From positions 1-34,215 of IMG/VR virus record IMGVR_UViG_3300032233_001131: a DNA stretch of 34,215 nucleotides; one strand, written 5' to 3'. The first letter of the stretch is position 1; each line of letters opens with the position of its first letter. Below, in pieces: positions 24,354 to 33,066 of the stretch. The DNA comes from a virus (Duplodnaviria; Caudoviricetes). The notes below the pieces were generated by a model. It saw nothing but the letters and a program-made list of their open reading frames with translations, made no database searches and had not been told where the DNA came from. A program made the position numbers and the translations under genes.

Positions 24354-24761
24354 ATGGCATTCAAGGCCGGAACAACGTCCGCTTTCTACCTCGGCACCGC
24401 CACGTTGACGAACGTGTCGCCCTACGCCGACAACCTGTCGCTGCCCCAGTCGACCGACCAGCTCGAGGTGAGCACCTTCGGCTCGGCCAGCAAGGCGTTC
24501 ATCCCCGGACTCAACGACGGCGACACCATCAGCGTGTCGGGCCCGTACGACGTGGTGATCCACAGCCTGGTCACCGGCGCACGTTCGGCCGGTTCGCTGC
24601 TCGGCTACGTGTTCGGTCCCGGTGGCTCGGTCGCCGCCCAGGCCCGCTCGGCCGGTTCGGTGTACGTGCAGCAGTACTCCACCTCGACGACCGTTGGCGG
24701 TCGCGTGGAGTACAGCCTGTCGTTGCAGGTGACCGGCGCAGTCACCAACGGCACGTTCTGA
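24354..24761 (+). CDS. Major tail tube protein
   Basis: AGGAGA RBS; TDQLEVSTFG..SKAFIPGL.DG.TIS.SG.YD, S.SLQVTG.VT.GTF. Confidence 0.8.
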   Translation: MAFKAGTTSAFYLGTATLTNVSPYADNLSLPQSTDQLEVSTFGSASKAFIPGLNDGDTISVSGPYDVVIHSLVTGARSAGSLLGYVFGPGGSVAAQARSAGSVYVQQYSTSTTVGGRVEYSLSLQVTGAVTNGTF

Positions 24762-24765
24762 CCTG

Positions 24766-25269
24766 ATGACCACGCAGGGCTTCGGGGCGTTCGCCAAGAA
24801 GATCGAACGCGTCACCGACGAGCTCAACGGCAGCGCCGCCGAAGCACGCCTGAACAAGGTCGCCCTGCAAACGAAGCCAGACGTGGCCGAAGCCGTCAGG
24901 GGCGACCTGGGCGACACGTCCATGTCAGGGTGGCGCAGGGGTAAGCCCTTCGACATCACCGGCCGCTACGACATCAAGAGCGACACCAAGTTTGAGATTA
25001 CGCCGCAACGCAAGGGCTACGGCCCAATGCGTGTCCTTGAGCAAGGTCGCCAGGCGTACTCGGCAGGGGATAAGCGTCGCAAGGGCACCTACAAGTCCAA
25101 GAAGACCGGCTTGGTGACCGAACGGTTCAGGGCCGTAAAGCGCAACGGCGGCGCGACCCGAGGCAAGGGCACCTGGTCTGACGCTGTCGGACTGATGCAG
25201 GACCGGGTGCCGGCCCGCATCGCCAAGCAGTTCCACAAAGACCTGTCGAAGATCCTCGGGAAGGGGTAA
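24766..25269 (+). CDS. HK97 gp10-like tail completion protein (putative)
   Basis: Basic protein; G...FAKKI...L, VLEQGR, TRGKGTW..AV. Confidence 0.55.
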   Translation: MTTQGFGAFAKKIERVTDELNGSAAEARLNKVALQTKPDVAEAVRGDLGDTSMSGWRRGKPFDITGRYDIKSDTKFEITPQRKGYGPMRVLEQGRQAYSAGDKRRKGTYKSKKTGLVTERFRAVKRNGGATRGKGTWSDAVGLMQDRVPARIAKQFHKDLSKILGKG

Positions 25270-25271
25270 CG

Positions 25272-26912
25272 GTGGCTAGCTTCACTGAGCGCATTGCCGT
25301 CATCATCGACGTGACCGCCGACAAGGCCACGAAGGGTCTGAAGGACTTCAGAACGTCGGTGCAGGAAGCTGAGGGCTTCACCGGCAAGATGAAGGCCGGC
25401 GTTGGGTCGCTTGGCGATGTGTTCAAGAGTGCCGCAGCTAACCCAGCCATGCTTGCTACCGGCGTGACCGCAGCAGCCGGTGCGGCGTTCGCTGCCGTCG
25501 ATTCGTTCTCTCAGCTTGGCGTTGAGGTCGGCAAGTTCTCCGATGCTACTGGCGTGACTACCGAGGAAGCATCTCGACTCATTGAGGTGTCCAACGACCT
25601 GGGCGTGAGTACCGAGTCGCTGCAGGGTGCGTTGAACAAGCTGAACAAGGGCATTGACCCGAAGGCGTTCAAGGATCTCGGTGTCGCCATTGCCTACACC
25701 GACAACGGCGCGACTGATGTCAACGCCACCTTCATGAACGTCATCGCTCACCTGAACGGCATCAAAGACCCGGCGCAGCGCGCGAGAGAAGGCACGAAGC
25801 TGCTCGGTAAGTCGTGGACCGACCTCGCCGAGCTGGTCGGCATAGGAGCTGACGAGCTGCAGAAGTCGCTTGATGGCGTAAGTAAGGCGAAGGTGCTTTC
25901 GCCGGAACAGGTCGCGAAAGCGAAGGCATTTCGCGATGCCATGAACGATCTTCAAGACGTTGGCGAAGACCTTGCTGCGACCATCGGTTCCGAGCTGGCC
26001 CCTGCGTTGGTTCTCACAGCGGAAGCGCTCAAGTACGTGACCGAGGAGGGTGGCCCTGCGCTGGAGATCCTGAAAGGGATCTCCGATGCTGTTACCGGCC
26101 CAGGCTTCTTTGACGACATTTCTGAGTTCATAACCGGTGGCCTTGGTTACTTCGACATGTGGAAACTGTCATTGGATGCCCTCAGCGGCAAATATGACGA
26201 CGTTGCTGTCTCGGCCGGTGAACTTTGGCCGACCATCGACGGCATGGGCGACAGTGCCAAGGAAACTGCTGAGAAGACGTACCTGCTCGAGCAAAAGACA
26301 CGCGACGCAGCCGAAGCGGCCGCTGTTGCACGTGACCGCTTCAACGAGGCCCGGCAAAAGCTGAAGGATCTACAGGACGAGATCAGCGGCCGCAAGTCGC
26401 TCGTCGACCTGAAGATCAGCCTGAAGGCCAACGCCGACAAGCTGGGGGAACTGAAAGAGAAGTTTGAGAAAGGCAAGATTTCTGCCGAGGACTACATGCT
26501 GGCCGTGCAGTCAACGGCGCTGGACTCCGAAGGCGCTGTCGCCAGCTACGCCGAAGCCATCGGCAACATTCCTCCCGAGGCCGTTACGGACATCGTGACG
26601 AACCTTGACCCGTCGGCACCAGAGAAGGTGTTCGACACACTGCAGCAGTGGTTTGACAATCACAAGCTGATGGTGACGGTAGGCGGCATGGTGGTGGACT
26701 CGGGTATCCGTAACGCAATGGAAGGCCGTGGCACTCCTACGCCACCGGCACCAGCAACGAAGCCGCCTGTCGGAAGCCTTGATGACGTGCCTGGCACCGG
26801 CAACCGTTCGCTGGGTGCCGGCCGCCCGATGGTCATTCAACTGCAGTTGAACGACCGCACCGTGCAAGAGATCGCCATCCGAGCCGACCAGTTGAAGGTG
26901 GGACGCACATGA
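25272..26912 (+). CDS. Tape measure protein, 546 aa
   Basis: Ala-rich helical protein; S..TG.TTE..S.L, AFKDLGV, A..LLGKS..DL; position after the tail genes. Confidence 0.88.
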   Translation: MASFTERIAVIIDVTADKATKGLKDFRTSVQEAEGFTGKMKAGVGSLGDVFKSAAANPAMLATGVTAAAGAAFAAVDSFSQLGVEVGKFSDATGVTTEEASRLIEVSNDLGVSTESLQGALNKLNKGIDPKAFKDLGVAIAYTDNGATDVNATFMNVIAHLNGIKDPAQRAREGTKLLGKSWTDLAELVGIGADELQKSLDGVSKAKVLSPEQVAKAKAFRDAMNDLQDVGEDLAATIGSELAPALVLTAEALKYVTEEGGPALEILKGISDAVTGPGFFDDISEFITGGLGYFDMWKLSLDALSGKYDDVAVSAGELWPTIDGMGDSAKETAEKTYLLEQKTRDAAEAAAVARDRFNEARQKLKDLQDEISGRKSLVDLKISLKANADKLGELKEKFEKGKISAEDYMLAVQSTALDSEGAVASYAEAIGNIPPEAVTDIVTNLDPSAPEKVFDTLQQWFDNHKLMVTVGGMVVDSGIRNAMEGRGTPTPPAPATKPPVGSLDDVPGTGNRSLGAGRPMVIQLQLNDRTVQEIAIRADQLKVGRT

Positions 26913-28150
26913 GCATGACCATCGGTCGTTGCAGCATCGCCCGTGACCCGTATCCCGGTTCGTTCTCCCAGCAGGGCAACGTGGTCAGCTTCCGGTCCGA
27001 CAACGGTGCGACGAGCCTGACGCAGTCGACGGCACTGAACCAACAACTGTTGGGCCTGGTCGAGAACTGGGACGAGGACACGTTCCCGTTCACCTGGTCG
27101 CTGGACTCGACGTACGACGGGTTCTACAAGATCCGCAGCGTGCAGGTCGATCCCGAGTCGGTGTATATCACGTCGGGTGTGTCCCGGTTCACGATCACGA
27201 TGGAGCGCATCGGCGGCGGTTTCTCCCGGCCGCAGTTTGAGTCCATCGTTCAGTCGGTGGTTCGCACGAACAGTCACGGTGTCACCGCCCCGGCAGGCTT
27301 CGACCTGTCGTGGTATGCCGGCACCAGCACCGAAGCCGATGTGGCGTACTCGGGTATCTGGAGCCTGACTCTTGCCGATGGTGCGCAGAAATGGCACACG
27401 GCCACTGCGCCGACGGGCCCGACGAGTTACTACATCTCATCCCGTGCCGCCGACTACTACCTGAACTCGGCGCGCCTCGAGGTGCAGTACGGCTCGACGT
27501 GGTATTCGGTGGTCGGCCAACAGATCCCACTCGGCACCGGCGTCAACTGGCGTATCTCCAACGGTGCTGTGCGCTTGTATCCGACGAGCGTCAGCGGCAA
27601 CGGTCGTTTCACTGTCGAAGCGTGGCGGTCTGCCGATGGTTGGGCCGGTCGTGAGTATGGCGTGATCTCTGCTGCGTCCACGTTTGAGAACATCACCGGC
27701 ACCTCGGCGGATTCGTCGTCGGTGAAGGTCATCAAGAACAGCCCCGAGATGGTCGTGGTGCGGTTGCGGCAGCAGACCGAAGCCGGTGCAGTGGTCGACG
27801 TTGCGGTGCGTCGCGGTGACTTCCACGTTGAGGTGAACATCTACCAGCCCGACGGTGCAACGACAAAGAACTGGGGTGTGCAGTTCTCCACAGCGGTCGC
27901 ATCAACGTCGTCGACGGGTTCGATCCGTTCGACGGCATCAATCTCTAGCCGGTATCACCAGATCAGCTGCCCGTCGACGGTCACTGCCGACACGGTGAAC
28001 GGCGGCCTGCGTCTGACCACTGCTGCGTCTAGTGCAGCGTTCGGCATCTCGCCGAACGCTGACATCTTCGGCCTGGCGTTCGCGCAGGACTCCGCTCGAG
28101 ACCTGTTCCTTGCGCCACGGTCGGAGCGCACTCGGGTGGTCACCCGGTGA
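26909..28150 (+). CDS. Minor tail / distal tail protein
   Basis: Follows the TMP with ATGA overlap; S/T-rich beta protein. Confidence 0.65.
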   Translation: MSMTIGRCSIARDPYPGSFSQQGNVVSFRSDNGATSLTQSTALNQQLLGLVENWDEDTFPFTWSLDSTYDGFYKIRSVQVDPESVYITSGVSRFTITMERIGGGFSRPQFESIVQSVVRTNSHGVTAPAGFDLSWYAGTSTEADVAYSGIWSLTLADGAQKWHTATAPTGPTSYYISSRAADYYLNSARLEVQYGSTWYSVVGQQIPLGTGVNWRISNGAVRLYPTSVSGNGRFTVEAWRSADGWAGREYGVISAASTFENITGTSADSSSVKVIKNSPEMVVVRLRQQTEAGAVVDVAVRRGDFHVEVNIYQPDGATTKNWGVQFSTAVASTSSTGSIRSTASISSRYHQISCPSTVTADTVNGGLRLTTAASSAAFGISPNADIFGLAFAQDSARDLFLAPRSERTRVVTR

Positions 28151-29676
28151 TCACCGAGCAACTGATGCGACCGGGCCGCTTCGATGTGCGCCTGGTATCA
28201 AATGCGCCGTACAGGGTGTGGAACGCCGTCGACCAGCTCGACCACATCGTCATCACCCCGACCCGGTTGGCCGACCCGAAACAGTTCGCTGATGCGTCAA
28301 TCCTGAACGCAGCGATCTACACGGGCGTCATCACCGGCAAGCCGACGAAGAAGAGCTTCGTCGGGCAAGGGCTCGCCTACTGGCTGGGCACCGAAGACGG
28401 TCGTGGTTCGATCTATGAGACGGCGAAGACGTTTACGAACGACACGCTCTCAACGGTCATCGCCAGCCTGCTGCCGTCGTCGATCACGTCGGGCACGATC
28501 ACGAACGCCGGTACCACGAACCTGTACTACGTGTTCCGCTACATCACCCCACGTGAGGCGATCCACTTCGCCTGCCGGTGCATGGGTGCCGAGTGGCGCA
28601 TCAACCCGAAGGGCACGTTTGACGCTGCCATCGCGTCAACGCTGTTCGTCACGACCCCAACCAGCGTGATCGTGAAGAACTCCGGTGGTCGCGACGGTGC
28701 CAGGGCATACAACGGCATCGACGCAAACGAGATCAACATCGCCCAGGACGCCGACGGCTACACCACGAAGGCGATCATCGTCGGCCAGAAAGGCGACGGT
28801 GCCGAGTTCACCGTCGGCACCGCTTCGGCCGCTTCGGTCACCAAGAAGGACTTGTTCAACAACACAGTGGTATTCAAGCGGATGGTCGACGCCCCCGACA
28901 CGCCCTCGACGAGCATTGCGAACCTTGCCACCAACGTCCTCGCCCAGTACCCCGAGAAACGCCAACACCTGACACTCACGTCGGACACGTACGCCGTGCC
29001 GACAGTTGTGAAGCCTGGCGATTACGTCAACGTCTTCGACCAGGAGGCAGGGCTCTACGACACCACCCGCCAGTTGCGTTGGCGTGGCGAAGTGATCTCC
29101 CCGGTGAAGCTGCGGTGCAAGGAGTACACCTGGCCGGTGCAGCGTGGCATGGGCGTCTATATCCGTCGTAGCGGTGCCACCGCAACGTACACCGACATCA
29201 CCGACTACGTCGCCTACGAGGACGGCCAGGAGACTTCATGGGTGGTCGGCTCCGGCCGTAACGACCCCGAGCAAGACCCGACGCTGCTCGGGCCGGCGTT
29301 CCTCGGCAAGAACGCCGACATCCTGTCGCGCATCACCGACCCCGACTGGGTGTCGTACACGCCGACGTACACCAACATCACTGGTGGTGCCGGAGCGTTC
29401 TCGTATCGCCTACGTGGCAAGAAGTGTGAGATCCAGGCGGCGTTCTCCGCTGGCACCGTCACGACCTCCGGTTCGTTTGTCGCTTTCACGGTGCCGAGCT
29501 TCATCACGCCGAGTGTGATCCAGCCGATCATGGTCTCAAACGGCACTCAAGGCTGTCTCGGGCGAGTGATGACCACTGGTGTCGTCGAGGTCTACAAAGA
29601 CCCGAACGGCGCGACCTGGACGAGTGGCAACTCAGTCGCTGCGCTCCGCTCGTATTTCGGTTTCGCTGTCACCTGA
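28147..29676 (+). CDS. Minor tail / baseplate hub protein with C-terminal receptor-binding-like domain
   Basis: C...GAEWRINP.G, VKPGDYV.VFD; the C-terminal W.SYTPT...G...YR..GK motif is typical of tail-fibre heads. Confidence 0.7.
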   Translation: MITEQLMRPGRFDVRLVSNAPYRVWNAVDQLDHIVITPTRLADPKQFADASILNAAIYTGVITGKPTKKSFVGQGLAYWLGTEDGRGSIYETAKTFTNDTLSTVIASLLPSSITSGTITNAGTTNLYYVFRYITPREAIHFACRCMGAEWRINPKGTFDAAIASTLFVTTPTSVIVKNSGGRDGARAYNGIDANEINIAQDADGYTTKAIIVGQKGDGAEFTVGTASAASVTKKDLFNNTVVFKRMVDAPDTPSTSIANLATNVLAQYPEKRQHLTLTSDTYAVPTVVKPGDYVNVFDQEAGLYDTTRQLRWRGEVISPVKLRCKEYTWPVQRGMGVYIRRSGATATYTDITDYVAYEDGQETSWVVGSGRNDPEQDPTLLGPAFLGKNADILSRITDPDWVSYTPTYTNITGGAGAFSYRLRGKKCEIQAAFSAGTVTTSGSFVAFTVPSFITPSVIQPIMVSNGTQGCLGRVMTTGVVEVYKDPNGATWTSGNSVAALRSYFGFAVT

Positions 29677-29695
29677 CCTCCGAAAGGTTCCCCCG

Positions 29696-30322
29696 ATGAT
29701 CGAGTACATCCCTGTGACCCGACCGACCGACCTGGTTGGCGTCCAGAACGGCCGACTGCCGTTCACGCTGTTGACGCCGGTCTACTTCCCTGGCGTGGGG
29801 CACCTGTCGCTGCACCCGCAGGCCGCACGGGCGTGGAACGCAATGGCGGTCGTGTGCTTCGCCGAGACCGGCGTGAAGTTGTCGACGACCGGCACCTATC
29901 GCAGCTATGACGCCCAGGTGCAACTGTTCAACCAGCGCATGTCGCCGGTGTACAACCCGATCACCTGCACCACCACCACCCGGTTCTGGAACAACAAGCG
30001 GTACTGGCTCAAGCGTGGCTTCGCCCCCTGTGCGACACCGGGCACCAGCAACCACGGTTGGGCCCTCGCCGTCGACACCGCCATCCACGCCCCTGGCAAG
30101 GTGCTCGGCATCACGTCGAACCTGACGGTGTGGCGCTGGCTGTCCCGCAACGCTGTCAGCTTCGGTTGGAGCTGGGAGGGTGCCAAGGTGCCCGGCAACT
30201 GGGAACCTGGACAGGTCGCCCCCGCCGGCTTCGAGCCGTGGCACATCCGCTATGTGGCCGGTGACCGCACCCCGAAACGTGTGCTCGAGGTGGAGGCGTT
30301 CTTCGCCGGGGTGAAGCCGTGA
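29696..30322 (+). CDS. Endolysin, M15 (VanY-like) peptidase
   Basis: NGRLP, YRSYDAQ, ATPGTSNHGWALAVD, FGW, EPWHIRY. Confidence 0.9.
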   Translation: MIEYIPVTRPTDLVGVQNGRLPFTLLTPVYFPGVGHLSLHPQAARAWNAMAVVCFAETGVKLSTTGTYRSYDAQVQLFNQRMSPVYNPITCTTTTRFWNNKRYWLKRGFAPCATPGTSNHGWALAVDTAIHAPGKVLGITSNLTVWRWLSRNAVSFGWSWEGAKVPGNWEPGQVAPAGFEPWHIRYVAGDRTPKRVLEVEAFFAGVKP

Positions 30323-30567
30323 TCGGTTTGGCGATCGCATGGTCGGAACACGCTGACGAGCTTCAAGCCGCCGCCGCGATCGTCATCTCGGCCGGTGTGA
30401 TCTGGCGTGGCGTCGTCCGCCCGGTGATGCGCTTCGGCCACCAAGTGCAGGACACGCTCAAAGAGTTGAAGCCCAACGGCGGCTCGTCGATGCGCGACGC
30501 CATCGACCGGCTGGAGCGTCGCATGACTGCCCTCGAAGAGTTCATCACCACACCGAAGGAGCACTGA
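30319..30567 (+). CDS. Lysis-cassette membrane protein
   Basis: One TM segment then PNGGSSMRDAIDRLE coiled-coil, a pattern common in actinophage lysis cassettes. Confidence 0.75.
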   Translation: MIGLAIAWSEHADELQAAAAIVISAGVIWRGVVRPVMRFGHQVQDTLKELKPNGGSSMRDAIDRLERRMTALEEFITTPKEH

Positions 30568-30794
30568 TGTTCACCAAGCGTTTCTGGCTTGATGCCGCCG
30601 AACGGTGCGTGCGTGCGTTCGCTTCATCGCTCGCCGCCGCCCTGACCGCTGGTGTCGCCACCCCGGCGTCGATCCCGTGGCAGTCGGCGCTGACCGCTGC
30701 CGCCATCGGTTCGCTGGTGTCGCTGCTCATGTCGCTCGCTGCGTCGCAGCAGCCGAACTCGATCTCGCCCGCCGCCTTCACCCCGCCCACCTGA
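30567..30794 (+). CDS. Holin (r1t-like)
   Basis: MFTKRFWLDAAERCVRAFA, IPW.SAL..A....LVSLLMSLA; two TM segments. Confidence 0.85.
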   Translation: MFTKRFWLDAAERCVRAFASSLAAALTAGVATPASIPWQSALTAAAIGSLVSLLMSLAASQQPNSISPAAFTPPT

Positions 30795-30834
30795 CCCAGC
30801 AAGAGCAACACCGCCCCACCTGAAAGGTGTACGG

Positions 30835-31101
30835 ATGTCCCTTGATGCCCCCACGCTTGCCGACCTTGCCAGGTCGACAGCCACGACGATGCTGCCAGGC
30901 CCGTCCTGCAGCGTCCGCAAGGAGCAGGCCCGTCACCCTCGAGGTGCCGAGATCGCCGAAGTGATCGCCGACCGCACGATCAGCGCCGGCCTTGCGGCGA
31001 CGATCTTTCGCGACACTGGGATTGACATTTCACGTGGCACCGTCGACCGGCATCGGGCGAACGAGTGCGTGAACTGTCGCGCCGCTGGGGTGCGCTGGTG
31101 A
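30835..31101 (+). CDS. Small Cys/His protein coupled to the phosphoesterase
   Basis: CSV...ISRGTVDRHRANECVNC; GTGA overlap with the next gene. Confidence 0.65.
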   Translation: MSLDAPTLADLARSTATTMLPGPSCSVRKEQARHPRGAEIAEVIADRTISAGLAATIFRDTGIDISRGTVDRHRANECVNCRAAGVRW

Positions 31102-32246
31102 GCCTCGCCGACGAAGCACGACAGGCGACACCACCGCCGACAGCGCAGACCCTCGGCAAGATCGCCGACCTGTTGGAACGCAACGGCATCGACGTGGACG
31201 ACATCGGCCGGGTGCAGAAGGTGAACCTGTGGCAAGGCTTCCACAAAGACGCCGACGGTGAAGCCCAAGTCGTCGACCTGGTCGGCGTGTCGCTGTCCCC
31301 GTCATGGGAAACCGGGCCGCAATGGCCGGTGATCACACAGGGGCCGACGTACAAGCTGCCAACAGCGAAGACGACCCCGAAGCCGGCTAACGGTTGGAAC
31401 ACGGCCGTGATCTTGCCCGACATGCAGGTCGGCTACTTCCGCACCGTCGCCAACGACCTCGAGCCGATCCACGACGAGGCAGCGATCAGCATCGCCCTGT
31501 CGATCACCCGCAAGGCCGACCCCGACCTCGTCGTGCTCGTCGGTGACAACCTTGACGGTGCGGAGCTGGGCAAGTACCGCACCAGCCCCGCCTATCAGCG
31601 CACCCTGCAAGCCGCCATCGACCGGCTCGCACTGCTGGCCGCCCAGCTCCGCCAGGCAGCCCCGAGGGCACGCATCGTCTGGCTCGCAGGCAACCACGAG
31701 GAACGCCTCCCGAACTACATCCTCGACAACGCCGTCGTCGCCTACGGGCTCCGCAAGGGCAACGCCCCCGATTCGTGGCCGGTGCTGTCCTTGCCGTACC
31801 TGTGCCACTTCGACGAGCACGGCGTCGAGTTCCTGCCCGGCTACCCGGCGTCGTCGTACTGGATCAACGACCGACTGCGTGTCATCCACGGCGACAAGGT
31901 CGCATCAGGTGGCAGCACTGCTCACAAGTATCTCGGCAACGAGAAGGTGAGCGTCATCTACGGGCACATCCACCGTCGCGAGTACGGGGCACGCACCCGC
32001 GAGGACCGTGACGGTGCGAAAGAGATCATGGCGGCGTCACCTGGCTGCCTTGCCCGCATCGACGGCGCGGTGCCGTCCACCAAAGGCGGCATCGACCTCG
32101 ACGGTCGGCCGTTGACTCGCGTCGAGGACTGGCAGCAGGGGATCGGCATCGTCCGCTACGAAGAAGGCGACGGCCGATTCACGTACGAGAACGTCGCCAT
32201 CCACGACGGCTGGTGCATGTGGCAAGGCAAGGAGTACCGAGCATGA
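31098..32246 (+). CDS. Calcineurin-like metallophosphoesterase
   Basis: ILPDMQ, VGDNLD, GNHEER, IHG, GHIHR, WQQG. Confidence 0.88.
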   Translation: MSLADEARQATPPPTAQTLGKIADLLERNGIDVDDIGRVQKVNLWQGFHKDADGEAQVVDLVGVSLSPSWETGPQWPVITQGPTYKLPTAKTTPKPANGWNTAVILPDMQVGYFRTVANDLEPIHDEAAISIALSITRKADPDLVVLVGDNLDGAELGKYRTSPAYQRTLQAAIDRLALLAAQLRQAAPRARIVWLAGNHEERLPNYILDNAVVAYGLRKGNAPDSWPVLSLPYLCHFDEHGVEFLPGYPASSYWINDRLRVIHGDKVASGGSTAHKYLGNEKVSVIYGHIHRREYGARTREDRDGAKEIMAASPGCLARIDGAVPSTKGGIDLDGRPLTRVEDWQQGIGIVRYEEGDGRFTYENVAIHDGWCMWQGKEYRA

Positions 32247-32377
32247 CGGTCAAGTTGAAGGACGGCGAGAGCCAGCACCTGGCCGATCTGATCCTGCGTG
32301 TCGCCCGCCCACGCTCCGAGGAAGAAGCCGCCGAACTGCAGGTGTGGATCAAGCGTCTGCGCGGTGGTGACAAGTGA
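32243..32377 (+). CDS. 44-aa hypothetical protein
   Basis: AAGGAG RBS, ATGA/GTGA coupling; MTVKLKDGESQHLADLILRVARPRSEEEAAELQVWIKRLRGGDK. Confidence 0.6.
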   Translation: MTVKLKDGESQHLADLILRVARPRSEEEAAELQVWIKRLRGGDK

Positions 32378-32571
32378 GCCGCACGTACGTGTGCGACGGC
32401 CCCGACTGCGGACTCACGATGCCCGACGGCCCTGCGATCAGCGTGCAGTTCTGCGCCATCGAGGACGAGGACGACGACGAGCCGATGCACTGCGAGTGCC
32501 ACTACTGCGGCTGGGTGTGCCTGTCGGCTTCGGCGACCGCCAACGCTCTCGACTACCCGCCGCTGCAATGA
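32374..32571 (+). CDS. Small zinc-finger-like protein
   Basis: YVCDGPDC...HYCGWVCL; coupled on both sides. Confidence 0.6.
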   Translation: MSRTYVCDGPDCGLTMPDGPAISVQFCAIEDEDDDEPMHCECHYCGWVCLSASATANALDYPPLQ

Positions 32572-32786
32572 GCGTCGTGCGTGTCGTCTGGACGGACGCG
32601 GCGCACATCTCGGCAGGGGAGTGGGTCGACGACCTGGGCGACACGTCGGTACGTGTCGTCACCGTCGGGCACCTGATCCGCAAGACCAAGACACACGTCG
32701 TCGTCGCCCACAGCAAGGCCGACGGGCTGTGGACCGGCGTGTTCTCAATCCCGCTGTCGGCGATCAAGTCGATCCGCAAGCTGTAG
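32568..32786 (+). CDS. Small conserved-type phage protein
   Basis: V.V.W.DA...W....VTVG.L......V.A......IP...I..I pattern. Confidence 0.65.
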   Translation: MSVVRVVWTDAAHISAGEWVDDLGDTSVRVVTVGHLIRKTKTHVVVAHSKADGLWTGVFSIPLSAIKSIRKL

Positions 32787-32802
32787 CTCGAGCGCTACCC
32801 AC

Positions 32803-32844
32803 AAGCCTTCTCGCCCCGAGGGCGAGAAGGCTTCTTCGCGTTTT
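32803..32844 (+). terminator. Intrinsic terminator ending the late operon
   Basis: 14-bp perfect stem AAGCCTTCTCGCCC/GGGCGAGAAGGCTT, 3-nt loop, followed by CTTCGCGTTTT. Confidence 0.8.
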
Positions 32845-32948
32845 CAGGACACAATTCAGGACACAATTTCTTCAGGCCCGACGCGAAAGCCCTGATAAAG
32901 ACGCAGGTCAGGATATGTGAAAGCCCTGCATATGGCACATTCGGACGG

Positions 32949-32993
32949 CTTTACATGGCAGTGGTCGGGGGTTCGAGTCCCTCTGCGCCCACC
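32949..32993 (+). other. att common core = 3' half of tRNA-Val(TAC); not a complete tRNA
   Basis: C-TTTACAT (anticodon TAC 32952-54)-GGCAG-TGGTC-GGGGG-TTCGAGT-CCCTC-TGCGCCC-ACC; no D-arm or 5' acceptor strand upstream. Confidence 0.85.
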
Positions 32994-33031
32994 CTTTGAC
33001 CTGCGGTGATGCGGTCCCAGCGTCACAGGGC

Positions 33032-33060
33032 TTGCGGCCCAGGACACAAAAATGCACAAT
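33032..33060 (+). promoter_or_regulatory. Probable leaderless integrase promoter
   Basis: TTGCGG, 17 bp, CACAAT, then 6 nt to ATG 33067. Confidence 0.55.
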
Positions 33061-33066
33061 CTCCAC

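Larger units (their letters stand above)
32843..33060. mobile_element. attP: attP: core plus arm-type integrase binding sites
   Basis: TTCAGGACACAA x2 (32843-66) and CAGGACACAA (33040-49) flank a tRNA-derived core, next to int. Confidence 0.85.

Noticed and set aside
25255-25272. GGGAAGGGG as a tail-chaperone frameshift site
   Set aside because: Not a canonical XXXYYYZ heptamer; the ORF looks gp10-like and the TMP starts immediately after.
32949-32993. Complete tRNA-Val gene
   Set aside because: Only the anticodon loop to 3' end is present; upstream sequence cannot form the D-arm or acceptor 5' strand, so it is the att core.
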